The translations under genes were made by a program, and so were the position numbers. A stretch of DNA of 63,753 nt, counting the filler. It is 8 parts of 8 records of this genome, joined end to end, with 100 filler letters (N's around TTAATTAATTAA, not from the genome) between each part and the next. Parts side by side here need not be neighbours in the genome. Positions count along the whole stretch, not along the records: positions 35,106 to 43,121 come from SRR31147125_29232; positions 43,222 to 53,359 come from SRR31147125_29248; 6 more parts are not named here. One strand, written 5' to 3'. Shown here piece after piece: positions 38,402-48,546 of the stretch (its first letter is position 1; every line of letters starts with the position of its first letter). The notes under the pieces were generated by a model. That model had not been told where the DNA came from, did not search any database, and saw only the letters and a list, made by a program, of their open reading frames with translations.

Positions 38402-39058
38402 TTAAATTTTACATTCCCATTCGGCATAAAACTGGTTTAAAAAATCTTCCATAAAAGAATGACGTAATTTTGCCATATCATTTGCCGTTTTCGTGTTTAG
38501 CCGGTCTTTCAGCAAAAGTAATTTTTCGTAAAAGTGGTTAATGGTTGGAGCCGTAGTTTTTTTATATGCTTCAAAACTTTGGTGCATTTCGGGTTGTATA
38601 TCGGGATGATAAAGCAAGCGCCCTTTGTGACCGCCATAAGCAAAAGTGCGTGCAATACCAATGGCGCCAATGGCATCCAACCGGTCGGCATCCTGCACAA
38701 TTTGTGCCTCCGTAGAAATTGCCTTTGTTTCAACGCCTGCACCTTTAAACGAAACCTGCTCAATTATTTCAATAATTTTTGCCGAATTTTCAGCCGGAAT
38801 ATCAAGCTCGCTAAGCCATTCTTCTGTTTTCGAACTTTGGTCTTTATTGTTTAATTTCCAGTCGTCGAGGTCGTGCAGCAAGGCCGCCATTTCAATCAGA
38901 AATGCGTTTCCTCCTTCTGTCTCCGAAATTTTTAAAGCCAGGTTTCTAACGCGGTGAATATGCCACCAATCGTGTCCCGAACCTTCACTTTCAAAATGCT
39001 GTTTTATATACTTTTCTGTACGAGAAAGCAACTCTTTCTTTCGAATTTTAGACTCCAT
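38402..39058 (-). CDS. HD-domain phosphohydrolase
   Basis: GHDWWHIHRV, ALLHD, VQDADRLDAIGAIGIAR, NHFYEKLL. Confidence 0.92.
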   Translation of the reverse strand: MESKIRKKELLSRTEKYIKQHFESEGSGHDWWHIHRVRNLALKISETEGGNAFLIEMAALLHDLDDWKLNNKDQSSKTEEWLSELDIPAENSAKIIEIIEQVSFKGAGVETKAISTEAQIVQDADRLDAIGAIGIARTFAYGGHKGRLLYHPDIQPEMHQSFEAYKKTTAPTINHFYEKLLLLKDRLNTKTANDMAKLRHSFMEDFLNQFYAEWECKI

Positions 39059-39263
39059 AATTCAAATTTTGCTTTGCAAAAGTAGTTTTTAAAGCCTAAA
39101 AAACGTTAATGTTTTTAATGTGATTTTGTAACTTATTGAAAATGAGCGAGTAAAAACGGCGATGTTTTTGTGTGTGATTTCAAGCACAGTCAACCACATC
39201 TGTTTTTTGTTATTTTTACCCGCATTGAATTTAGGGACAGTATTCACAGATAGGATTTAGGAA

Positions 39264-40928
39264 ATGATAGACAAAACAAAACTTACTCTGCCGTCGATGT
39301 TTTACAACTCGGTAGAGAAATATTCTGATAAAACTTCTATTGTTTTTGCAGGCGAGGAAGATTACACCTACAAAGAAATGGGGGAAGAGGTGGAGCACGT
39401 TGCGGAGTTATTGCTTGAGCGTGGAGTAAAACGCGGCGACAAAGTGGCCATTTTAAGCACAAATATGCCCAACTGGGGAAAAGCATTTTTTGCCACTTCG
39501 GTAATTGGAGCTGTTGCAGTTCCTATTTTGCCCGATTTTCATTCCAACGAAATTCAAACCATTATAGAGCATTCCGAATCGAAACTGTTGTTTGTTTCCG
39601 ACGGTTTGTACAAATCGTTGAATAAAGAAACAAAGGCTTTGGTTGAACATCTGGTTTTGGTCGATAATTTTGCGATTATCCCAAAAGAAAGTCAGGCTGC
39701 CGATCTTATCTTATTGGAAACATCGGTGCCAAAGTCGGTACGTAAATTTTTACCTGTAGATGTTGAAGAGGACGAATTGGCCTCGATTATTTATACTTCG
39801 GGAACCACCGGAAATTCGAAGGGGGTAATGCTAACGCACAAAAATCTGGCGTGGACAGCACAACAAAGTCGCACCTTACAAAAAATTGTACATAAAGATC
39901 GTTTTTTGTCTTTATTGCCACTGTCGCATACACTCGAAAATACGGTAGGATTTTTATTGCCGATTATGTACGGAGCATCGATACACTACCTGCGTAAACC
40001 GCCTGTGGCTTCGGTGTTAATGCCGGCCCTAAAAAAGGTAAAACCAACAGTAATCCTGTCGGTGCCGCTTATTATCGAAAAAGTATACCGGGCAAAAGTT
40101 CTGCCTACTTTCCGTAAAAACGGAGTTATGCGCTTTTTAAGTACGTTTGCTCCAACCCGGAAAGTATTGCACAAAGTGGCCTGCAAAAAATTATACGAAA
40201 CCTTTGGCGGTAAAGTGCATTTCTTCGGAATTGGAGGTGCTAAACTCGACTCGAACGTTGAGCGCTTTTTATACGAAGGCGGCTTCCCGTATGCCATTGG
40301 TTACGGATTAACCGAAACTGCGCCTTTATTATCAGGGGCGGTACAGAAAAACCGTAAAGTTGGCTCGGCCGGAATTGCCATGGAAGGTGTGAAATTACGC
40401 ATTGCCAATCCCGACCCGAAAACCGGCGAGGGCGAAATTCAGGCGCAGGGCGAAAATGTTATGCAGGGCTACTACAAAGCTCCCGAAATTACAAAAGATG
40501 TATTTACCGAAGATGGCTGGTTTCGTACCGGCGACCGTGGTTTGTTCGACAAGAAAAATATGCTCTTTATAAAAGGCCGTATTAAAACCATGATTGTTGG
40601 TGCCAGCGGCGAAAATATTTACCCCGAAGAAATTGAAACGGTAATTAACAAAATGCGTTTTGTGTTGGAATCGCTGGTGGTAGAAAAGAAAGGAAAACTG
40701 GTAGCCATGATTCACCTGAACATGGAAGAAGTGGAAGAGAACTTTAAGAACATGAAAAGCGAGGCACAGCAATATTTTGCCGAAAAATCGGACGAGATTT
40801 TGGAGGAGATTATGAAAAAGGTAAATGCCGAAGTAAACAAGTTCTCGCGCATTAACCAGGTTGTACTCATGCCAAATCCGTTTGAACGTACACCTACGCG
40901 AAAAATTAAACGCTTTTTATACGTATAA
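39264..40928 (+). CDS. Long-chain fatty acid-CoA ligase (AMP-binding)
   Basis: YTSGTTGNSKG, GYGLTET, GWFRTGD, GENIYPEEIE. Confidence 0.93.
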   Translation: MIDKTKLTLPSMFYNSVEKYSDKTSIVFAGEEDYTYKEMGEEVEHVAELLLERGVKRGDKVAILSTNMPNWGKAFFATSVIGAVAVPILPDFHSNEIQTIIEHSESKLLFVSDGLYKSLNKETKALVEHLVLVDNFAIIPKESQAADLILLETSVPKSVRKFLPVDVEEDELASIIYTSGTTGNSKGVMLTHKNLAWTAQQSRTLQKIVHKDRFLSLLPLSHTLENTVGFLLPIMYGASIHYLRKPPVASVLMPALKKVKPTVILSVPLIIEKVYRAKVLPTFRKNGVMRFLSTFAPTRKVLHKVACKKLYETFGGKVHFFGIGGAKLDSNVERFLYEGGFPYAIGYGLTETAPLLSGAVQKNRKVGSAGIAMEGVKLRIANPDPKTGEGEIQAQGENVMQGYYKAPEITKDVFTEDGWFRTGDRGLFDKKNMLFIKGRIKTMIVGASGENIYPEEIETVINKMRFVLESLVVEKKGKLVAMIHLNMEEVEENFKNMKSEAQQYFAEKSDEILEEIMKKVNAEVNKFSRINQVVLMPNPFERTPTRKIKRFLYV

Positions 40929-40955
40929 TAACTAAACAATCAATATATTTTTGAG

Positions 40956-40988
40956 AAAACCGCTGGGGAAGACCTTGGCGGTTTTTTT
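40956..40988 (+). terminator. Intrinsic terminator
   Basis: AAAACCGCTGGG..CCTTGGCGGTTTTTTT. Confidence 0.7.
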
Positions 40989-41089
40989 GTGGGGTTTGTT
41001 TTGATAGTTGACATATGTTTGTTGGGATATTTTTGTTAAATTAGATGTAAAATAATAACACCTTTAATACTAAAATTAGCCTAAATTAT

Positions 41090-42253
41090 ATGGAAACAAC
41101 GATGTCCGAAATCCCTACAAGACAAAAAGGGGATTCATTAGAGTTAGCCATTGAACATATCTTTAATGTTGCTGGTTTTAAAACGAAACGTAATATTTTT
41201 ATTGCAAAATATGAGATTGATGTAAAAGTTGAGGTAGGAGATAGGACTATAATTGTGGAATGTAAAAATTATCAGAATAGTAGCTTAGCAATACGAAACT
41301 TAATTCATCAATGGAATAGTAAAAACCAAATAATTAATGCGCAAAAGATTATTATCGCTTTAGCAGGTGTAACAATAAAAGAGAGTGATTATAGTTTGGC
41401 TTCAGAATTTGATATTGAACTTTGGAGTCAAGAGGATATTTCTGAGCTATTTAATCTATCGCTAAAACCGTATGAACTAAAGCAAAGAATCCTTCAAAAA
41501 ATTTCATTTAAACCTATAACTATTTCCGAAAGATATCGAACCGAAATTACATATTTGGTAATAAAGCCGCTTTTGTCAAATCATTTTGTAGAAAAAGAAA
41601 AATTATTCTCATTGTTCAATAGGTGGTTAAGAGCATTTATACTTACGGAACTCCAAATGTTTGAAACAAATGCTGAAGAACGAGCAGGATATATCGAGTT
41701 GTTTGAGGGGACGAAAACCAAAAAGGGATTTTTAAATTTAGTTAGTAAAAAAAGGAAAGAAGTTGAGTACTGGCAGGCAGTTAAAGAGCAGCTTGAGTTT
41801 TATGATATTTTACCTAGGAATACACAGGATAAATATTTAGGATATATGAATGATTTAATACGAGAGTATAATGAACAACAAAGTTTTTTCAGTTCAGAAA
41901 ACTATCTCACTCAAATTAAAAAGCTCATTTTGTCGAGATTGCACAATGCCTATGTCAAAGGGCAAAAATGTTCTTTTAAAAATGCGAACATGAAGAATCG
42001 TGTGCTTGTCGATTTTTCTGAGGAAGAAGAGTTCGGTGTACAGGTTGCAGAAATAAAGGCATTTGAAGCAAATGTCCTTAATTGGATAATGACTTCTCAG
42101 TGTACATGGGAAATTAACCAACAAACTCAATTATATACCTGTCGGTGGGCATGCAGTTCATTAGATGACCTTACAGAGAAAGTTTATAGGATATTTACAG
42201 AATATTATGAGGTTGGAACTAAAGATAAGTTGGTAGATACTAACATTAAGTAA
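41090..42253 (+). CDS. Restriction-endonuclease-like protein (N-terminal Mrr-type PD-(D/E)xK domain) with unknown C-terminal region
   Basis: KGDSLE..GF..EIDV..IVECKN..IELW nuclease pattern in the first ~115 aa. Confidence 0.75.
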   Translation: METTMSEIPTRQKGDSLELAIEHIFNVAGFKTKRNIFIAKYEIDVKVEVGDRTIIVECKNYQNSSLAIRNLIHQWNSKNQIINAQKIIIALAGVTIKESDYSLASEFDIELWSQEDISELFNLSLKPYELKQRILQKISFKPITISERYRTEITYLVIKPLLSNHFVEKEKLFSLFNRWLRAFILTELQMFETNAEERAGYIELFEGTKTKKGFLNLVSKKRKEVEYWQAVKEQLEFYDILPRNTQDKYLGYMNDLIREYNEQQSFFSSENYLTQIKKLILSRLHNAYVKGQKCSFKNANMKNRVLVDFSEEEEFGVQVAEIKAFEANVLNWIMTSQCTWEINQQTQLYTCRWACSSLDDLTEKVYRIFTEYYEVGTKDKLVDTNIK

Positions 42254-42265
42254 AAAAAGAAACAA

Positions 42266-43108
42266 ATGAATTATGATTACGCTGTTCACTCAGATATATT
42301 GCTTCATTGGACTGGGAAAGATTTGGATTGTAAGCTTCAGCCGAAATGGTATAATGAGGATAAATCTGATACAAGGAAAAATACTTCTTTGGAAGATGAA
42401 TATTTAAAAAGACTTTATAATATCCTCAAGTATGGAATTTGGGTAACTGAAGAACCTTCATTTGTCATTAATTTACGGAAAGAAAAACCAATGACAATTC
42501 CTGTAGCGAATAGGGCTTGTTTTACTGAGTTAAAATTATCGCAGTCTAGAAAACATGCAAGAGACTATGGACGGCTTGGGATTGGAATGAAACGTCCTTT
42601 TGTTTTCGAGAGAGAAGGTCGTCCTCTTGTGTATTTTGGATATGAGCGGGTTGTAGAACATGATGTTTTTTTTAAAGAATGTGTAGAAAATTTTGAAAAT
42701 AAATCTCTTTTGCAATTTTTTAAACCAATGAATAAAACTCAAGTTCTGAATTATGATTATTATTCAGAATCGGAATGGCGAATTATTGAAAGTCAGTCGT
42801 TAATTACAAATGGAAAATTGATTGATCCTCGTGATCCCAAAAATGCTCAGGAGAATTCTTACTTTAAAAAATTATCTTCAGTTGAGCAAGGTGTACTCAA
42901 ATATTTACTTCCTGTTGATGGTTGGTTATCTTTAATAATATTACCTTCTATTTCTGTTAAAAATAAATTGAATGATCCGAAAAATGAGATTGGGTTCGCG
43001 ATTAAAAATGAAATGAGAAGGATAAAAGAGACTCCTTGTCCTGCCAACCGCGTTGAAAATGGTGTATTACCAATTGAAATTGATATTGATGCATGTCGAA
43101 ATTTTTAA
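42266..43108 (+). CDS. AbiGi-family (DUF2743-like) abortive-infection protein
   Basis: LLHWTG, LxNILxxG, CFTELxL..HxxxYGxxGIG..GRPLVY, ESEWRI. Confidence 0.72.
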   Translation: MNYDYAVHSDILLHWTGKDLDCKLQPKWYNEDKSDTRKNTSLEDEYLKRLYNILKYGIWVTEEPSFVINLRKEKPMTIPVANRACFTELKLSQSRKHARDYGRLGIGMKRPFVFEREGRPLVYFGYERVVEHDVFFKECVENFENKSLLQFFKPMNKTQVLNYDYYSESEWRIIESQSLITNGKLIDPRDPKNAQENSYFKKLSSVEQGVLKYLLPVDGWLSLIILPSISVKNKLNDPKNEIGFAIKNEMRRIKETPCPANRVENGVLPIEIDIDACRNF

Positions 43109-43460
43109 AGTTGGAGAAAAANNNNNNNNNNNNNNNNNNNNNNNNNNNNNNNNNNNNNNNNNNNNTTAATTAATTAANNNNNNNNNNNNNNNNNNNNNNN
43201 NNNNNNNNNNNNNNNNNNNNNTTTTTTTGAAAATTGACATCATAAAAGCAAACCTCCCCCTCCCTCCGGAATTAACTCTGGAAAAAACGCCTTTTAAATT
43301 AGCAATGCAAAACATTAATTACTTACATCAATTGAATTTATATATACTTCAGGTATATCCTGATTGTAATTCAACTACAGTTGAGAGAATTCAGATCATT
43401 AATTATCTGTTGACTAATTGTGGGATTGTAGGATAGTATAAACAAAAGGAGTCATCTATA

Positions 43461-44195
43461 ATGCTTGATGCATTTGAAACGTCACCAATAAAAGTCAAAC
43501 AGAAAACTGTCGTGTCACAGGTCATGGAAGAAATCAAGGAGTTGATTACCAGGGATTCTCTGCAGCCTGGAGATAAACTCCCCAGTGAAAGCGATTTGGC
43601 TTCCATGTTCAATATCAGCCGCTCCTCAATCAGAGAAGCACTGAAAATATATCAGTTTCTGGGTATTGTAGAAACAGCAGGCCCCAAGGGTAAAATCATA
43701 AGCGGAGAGACAAGGATTGCATCGGAAACGATAAACTGGTCACTCCTCCTGGCTTCCCCCAGCTATCCCGATCTTCTTGAACTGAGGCTGGCTATGGAAG
43801 AGCAGGGCTTATGGTATATGGAAGTCTTTAAAAAAGATGACAGAAAACTGCATGAAACTATTATTAATAGACTGGAGGAAGAGGTTGAAAATATGCGAAG
43901 AATTCACCCCTCCAAACCCCTGGAACATCGATTAACTGCCGATTTTAATTTTCATGGACATATTGTAGGTATCTGCCGAAATCCTATATTTAATTCAGTC
44001 TATGAAAATCTTCGTCATTTGATGCTGAACCAATTGATGAAAATTCTGGATAGCGAGAAGCAAAACTCCCTGTTTGCAGATCCGGATTCTCATATGGAAT
44101 TGATAAAAGTTATCAAGAACGGGGATTACACTGAATCCTTTCGGGCATTCAGAAAGCATGTTGTTGAGGTAGAAATATGCAATATAAAACAGTAA
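43461..44195 (+). CDS. GntR/FadR-family regulator
   Basis: PGDKLPSE-ISRSSIREAL; FCD domain DFNFH. Confidence 0.92.
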   Translation: MLDAFETSPIKVKQKTVVSQVMEEIKELITRDSLQPGDKLPSESDLASMFNISRSSIREALKIYQFLGIVETAGPKGKIISGETRIASETINWSLLLASPSYPDLLELRLAMEEQGLWYMEVFKKDDRKLHETIINRLEEEVENMRRIHPSKPLEHRLTADFNFHGHIVGICRNPIFNSVYENLRHLMLNQLMKILDSEKQNSLFADPDSHMELIKVIKNGDYTESFRAFRKHVVEVEICNIKQ

Positions 44196-44923
44196 AACAG
44201 CTCACAGTTGTTGATCAGGTCATGGTCCTTTTGAAGGATATGTTTCTAAAGGGAGATCTTAAACCGGGAGATAAGATGCCTTCGGAAAATGAGTTGGCAA
44301 CTCATTTTGGAATTGGTCGAAATTCTCTCCGGGAGACATTGAAGATTTTCCAGTTCCTAGGTGTTATCAATATCCTTGGAGCCAAAGGCTCTATTGTCCA
44401 AACCTCCGAGAATATTTCAAAAGAGGCTTTAACCTGGACATCTCTTCTAAAAGGAACGGAATATGCCAGCGTTGTTGAGTTTCGGATGGTTATGGAACAA
44501 CAGGGAATCTGGAAACTTTTAAAGTTAAGAGAAACAGAACCCTTTGAATTTAACAAAATCATCAGTCAAATGGAATCTGAAATTGAAAATATGAAGAACA
44601 GTCTGGAGAACGGAAATGAAGAATCCAGAGTCCAGGCTGACTACCGGTTTCATGGAACCCTTATTCACCTCTGTAATAACAGAACCTTTGACACTCTCTA
44701 TGAAACACTACACGCCGTCACAGTGGATGAGATGAAGTTCAATCAGATTCACGGAGATCAAAAAGAATCAACAATAGACAGGCACACAGGCCTTCTCAAT
44801 GCCCTTCAAAATGATAACTTCATGGATGTAAATGCCCTCTTCCGAAATCATGTTGGACAGCTCTATGAACATTTGAATAATAAATTTACCACACCAAACG
44901 AATCTCAGGGAGATCTGGCTTAA
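44177..44923 (+). CDS. GntR/FadR-family regulator (tandem paralog)
   Basis: PGDKMPSE-IGRNSLRE; DYRFH. Confidence 0.92.
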   Translation: MQYKTVKQLTVVDQVMVLLKDMFLKGDLKPGDKMPSENELATHFGIGRNSLRETLKIFQFLGVINILGAKGSIVQTSENISKEALTWTSLLKGTEYASVVEFRMVMEQQGIWKLLKLRETEPFEFNKIISQMESEIENMKNSLENGNEESRVQADYRFHGTLIHLCNNRTFDTLYETLHAVTVDEMKFNQIHGDQKESTIDRHTGLLNALQNDNFMDVNALFRNHVGQLYEHLNNKFTTPNESQGDLA

Positions 44924-45013
44924 AAAGGAATATTGAATAAAGCTTTACAATTGATATTTATATGGCACAATGTGGCATGCCATCGGCATTCCACAAAAGA
45001 AGGAGAAGCATTG

Positions 45014-46054
45014 ATGAAAGATTTCAGAATTACAGGGCCATACAATCTGGAGGTCTTCGAAAAGGAGATTCCTAATCCGGGGCCTTATGAAGTTCTTATT
45101 AAAATCAGTACAATATCAATCTGCGGGTCTGATACACACCTATTTCACGGGACATATAATGGCCCCAGGAATTACCCGATAAACTTTGGTCATGAATGGT
45201 CGGGTATAGTCGAAAGGACAGGAGAAAATGTCCATTCCATAAAAGCAGGAGATAAAGTAACAGGAGACTGTTCCTGTTTCTGCGGGAGCTGTTCCCAATG
45301 CAGGGAAGATCGAAACCTCTGCGAAAGTATTGAAAAGTACGGCATTACAATAAACGGCGCTTCTTCTGAATATATTCTCCGCCCGGAGCGGCATCTTTAT
45401 AAACTCCCCCCAAAAATGGTACTTCCCCATGGGGCTATTGTGGAACCTTTAGCTGTGGGAGCCCATCTTCTTGAACGCACGGGATTTGATATACCCTGGT
45501 TCAAAGACAAAAAAGTACTCGTCACCGGCGCCGGCGGGATCGGAATGGGGATCATTTTCCTCCTCAAACACCTTTATAAAGTGAAACACATTTCAGTCTG
45601 CGATTTAAACAATTTCAGGCTTGACCGCGCCGTTTCCCTGGGGGCAGAAGTTTTCAAAGAAAGCCTCTCATCCGCAAAAAATGGCGTTGATAAATATGAA
45701 AATCTGTACAGTGGGAAAGGTTTTGATTTGATTGTGGAAACAACCGGCAGTCCTGAGGTCTTCAGCAATACACTGAATCTTCTAAATCCCCGGGGGACAC
45801 TGGCCTGTATAGGGATGATACCTGAGGTTAAAATCAACCAGAAATTGATCGTTCTCAAAGCCCTTAAAATTGTCGGTAGTATAGGCGGTACAGGGAATTT
45901 CGATGAGGTTATTGAATCTCTGAATACGTACCCCGATGATGCTGAAAAAATCATTTCACACCAGTTCGAAAGCAGCGAGGAAAATATAAAAAAAGCATTC
46001 CAGATTATCAAGGAGAACAGGGAAAATCTGAAAGTTCAACTTCAGTTTTCATAA
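45014..46054 (+). CDS. Zn-dependent polyol/sugar dehydrogenase
   Basis: ICGSDxH, GHEWSG, CxxCxxCx7C, GAGGIG; ATG 45014 after AGGAG. Confidence 0.9.
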   Translation: MKDFRITGPYNLEVFEKEIPNPGPYEVLIKISTISICGSDTHLFHGTYNGPRNYPINFGHEWSGIVERTGENVHSIKAGDKVTGDCSCFCGSCSQCREDRNLCESIEKYGITINGASSEYILRPERHLYKLPPKMVLPHGAIVEPLAVGAHLLERTGFDIPWFKDKKVLVTGAGGIGMGIIFLLKHLYKVKHISVCDLNNFRLDRAVSLGAEVFKESLSSAKNGVDKYENLYSGKGFDLIVETTGSPEVFSNTLNLLNPRGTLACIGMIPEVKINQKLIVLKALKIVGSIGGTGNFDEVIESLNTYPDDAEKIISHQFESSEENIKKAFQIIKENRENLKVQLQFS

Positions 46055-46061
46055 TAATATT

Positions 46062-46712
46062 ATGAGCATAGACCGAAAAGGATTAAAAGCGGATCAGGTA
46101 TATGAACTGCTTAAGAAAAAAATTATTACCCATGAAATAAAACCTATGGAACCTCTGTCCGAGCGAAAATTAAGTACCATTCTGGACGCCAGCAGAACCC
46201 CCATTCATTTGGCAATTCAACAATTGAAAAAAGAGAAATTCATTAATCATACCTCGGATTTCGGTGCCTATGCAGCTCCGATAACCTATGAGCTGATTCA
46301 GGAAACCTACGAGGTCAGAGAGGTTCTGGAAGGATTGAGCGCCAGGCTCTGCGCCCAGACTCTCACTGATCAGCAAAAAGAAGATCTGAAAAAGATTTTC
46401 GATAAAATGACAAACGCCCTGGCGGAATTGAGATATGAGGAAGCCACAGCTTATGATATCGAATTTCATGGCTTCATTCTTTCATGGTGTAGAAATCAGA
46501 TGCTCTCCGATTTGGTCCATACGGTTTTTGAACATTCTCAACGGATCACCAGACTCACAGAATACGGACCTGAATGGAAAAAAACCGTTCAGCAGCAACA
46601 TCAGAATATATTTTACGCCATCTTGGAAGGACGAAAGGATGAGGCAGAAAAGAATATGAAGATTCACATCGCCAGTTCAAAGGAAAGGCAGCTGGCACAA
46701 ATTACACGATAA
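46062..46712 (+). CDS. GntR-family regulator
   Basis: LSERKL-SRTPI, VREVLEG, DIEFH. Confidence 0.9.
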   Translation: MSIDRKGLKADQVYELLKKKIITHEIKPMEPLSERKLSTILDASRTPIHLAIQQLKKEKFINHTSDFGAYAAPITYELIQETYEVREVLEGLSARLCAQTLTDQQKEDLKKIFDKMTNALAELRYEEATAYDIEFHGFILSWCRNQMLSDLVHTVFEHSQRITRLTEYGPEWKKTVQQQHQNIFYAILEGRKDEAEKNMKIHIASSKERQLAQITR

Positions 46713-46727
46713 CCGAGGAGAAAGATT

Positions 46728-47734
46728 ATGAGTAAACAGAATTGGACTCTACCGCCAGACGGTGGACAAATGGAGAAACCTTCCGGGATTTATTTTCAGA
46801 CTATGAACGGCCAGGAAGTAGAGGATCGGCTGAAGGAGAATGATATTATTATTCTGCCCATCGGTAGTTCAGAAAATCATGGGAAATGTGCCTGTTTCGG
46901 AGAGGATACATTTTTAGTCACCCGAATTGCCGAACAGATCGCCATGGCCACCGGCTGTACGGTGGCGGAACCCATCTGGTATGGCTCCCATCCCTATCAC
47001 CATCTTGGTATGCCCGGTACTATTATCATACCTGAAGAAGATCTCGCCGCTTATATCCGAGCCGTCATCGCAGGGTTATGGAATACCGGATTTCGCAAAA
47101 TCATCCTGCTCAACGGCCATGGCCAGGACTATGTCATCCCACTGGCCATACATCAGTTTGCAAAAAAATATCAAGTCCCCTGCATCCTGGTCAATGTAAA
47201 CTGGTGGTTTGTTATTCCGGAACATATCAGGGACAAGAAACACGGTGGACTATTTGAAACCCCTTTTATTCATGCTGACGAAGTGGAGACCTCCTATTCC
47301 ATGGCCCTTTTTCCGGAGATGATCAATCTTGAACTGGCTGAAAAAGCAATCCCAAAAAAATATTTCCCGATGGTCATATCAATAAATCCGGAAGCGCCTA
47401 TCAAAGTGAGCTTCCGATTGATTTCTGGCTCCAGGTGGGAGCCTCTGCCCTTGAAGTGGCTTCAACCCCCGAAGGGGTTGTCGGTGACGCAACCCTGGCA
47501 GATCCGGAAAAGGCTAAACCAGGCCTTTACGCTATCATGGACTATCTGCAAAAGCTTATTGAGGATATAGACGAAATGTATCCTGCGGGTAAACTTCCAC
47601 CCATTGAATATTTCACAATGAAGGACAAAGCCGAAGTGGAGAGTGTTATCAAAGGCCCCTTAAATGGTGGCAAACATATATACACAATCGCCTACCCTAC
47701 CTGTGGTAGGGAGAATTCTGGAGGTAAAGAATGA
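46728..47734 (+). pseudogene. iolN: 3-dehydro-scyllo-inosose hydrolase (creatininase family), frameshifted near 47366
   Basis: PPDGGQM..GIYFQ, GSSENHG, GEDTFLVTR, YGSHPYHHLGMPGT, NGHGQ, HADEVETS. After KYFP the protein continues in another frame as DGHINKSG..TPEGVVG..PAGKLPP. Confidence 0.72.
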
Positions 47735-48546
47735 AAATTGCAATCAGCGTATCACCGAGGGAAACAAAGTTCGGTCCGATTGTCTTTTCCGGAGATTTAA
47801 ATAAGGCCTATCCGAAACTGAAGGAACTTGGCTATCACGGAATCGAAATGAGCCTCAGGGACTCATCGACGGTTGACCAGGAGGGAATCCTGGAAAATCT
47901 GGAGAAACAGGGGTTAAAACTGATTTCGATTGCCACGGGCCAGAGTTATGTCGATGATGGCTTCTGCCTCTTCACGGATGACAATGAACAACGAACTCGC
48001 TGTGCAGATCGTCTTAAAAACCATATAAATTTCGCTGCAAAGGCAGGAGCTTCGGTGATAATTGGCGGGATCAGGGGGAATAATCCAATATCCGGCCCGA
48101 AAGACAGCAAGTACAATCAAGGCATCAAAACACTGAAAAGCCTGAATGACTACGCCGGAGCCAAAGAGGTCACGCTACTCCTGGAAGGGGTAAATCGGTA
48201 TGAAGTCAGTACCTTTCGCAACCTTTCAGAAATATCGTCAGTTATTGATAAAGAAAAACTGGATAGTATCAAGGCCCTCCCGGACACCTACCATATGAAT
48301 ATAGAAGAGCCGGATATTCTTGAATCCTTTGCGAGATACGAGGACTATATAGGAGCTGTTCATTTCTCAGACAGCAACAGACTTGCCCCTGGGATGGGCC
48401 ATATCAACTTTCAACATATTTACAGAACAGTAAGCAAAATAAAAAAACTACTGTATATAGGCATTGAGATCCTTCCAGAGCCAGACGGAGAAACCGCAGC
48501 CAAGATGGGAATGAATACACTCCGGTTGTGCGGAGAAGAAATATGA
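47731..48546 (+). CDS. iolO: Sugar phosphate isomerase/epimerase, 5-keto-L-gluconate epimerase-like
   Basis: IATGQ, VIIGGIRG, ExxNRYE, DTYHMNIEE, VHFSDSNRLAPGMGH; follows iolN. Confidence 0.65.
   Translation: MKIAISVSPRETKFGPIVFSGDLNKAYPKLKELGYHGIEMSLRDSSTVDQEGILENLEKQGLKLISIATGQSYVDDGFCLFTDDNEQRTRCADRLKNHINFAAKAGASVIIGGIRGNNPISGPKDSKYNQGIKTLKSLNDYAGAKEVTLLLEGVNRYEVSTFRNLSEISSVIDKEKLDSIKALPDTYHMNIEEPDILESFARYEDYIGAVHFSDSNRLAPGMGHINFQHIYRTVSKIKKLLYIGIEILPEPDGETAAKMGMNTLRLCGEEI

Noticed and set aside
44962-44982. Possible sigma54 promoter TGGCACAATGTGGCA
   Set aside because: GG-to-GC spacing is 9, not 10; better explained as a GntR-type palindrome.
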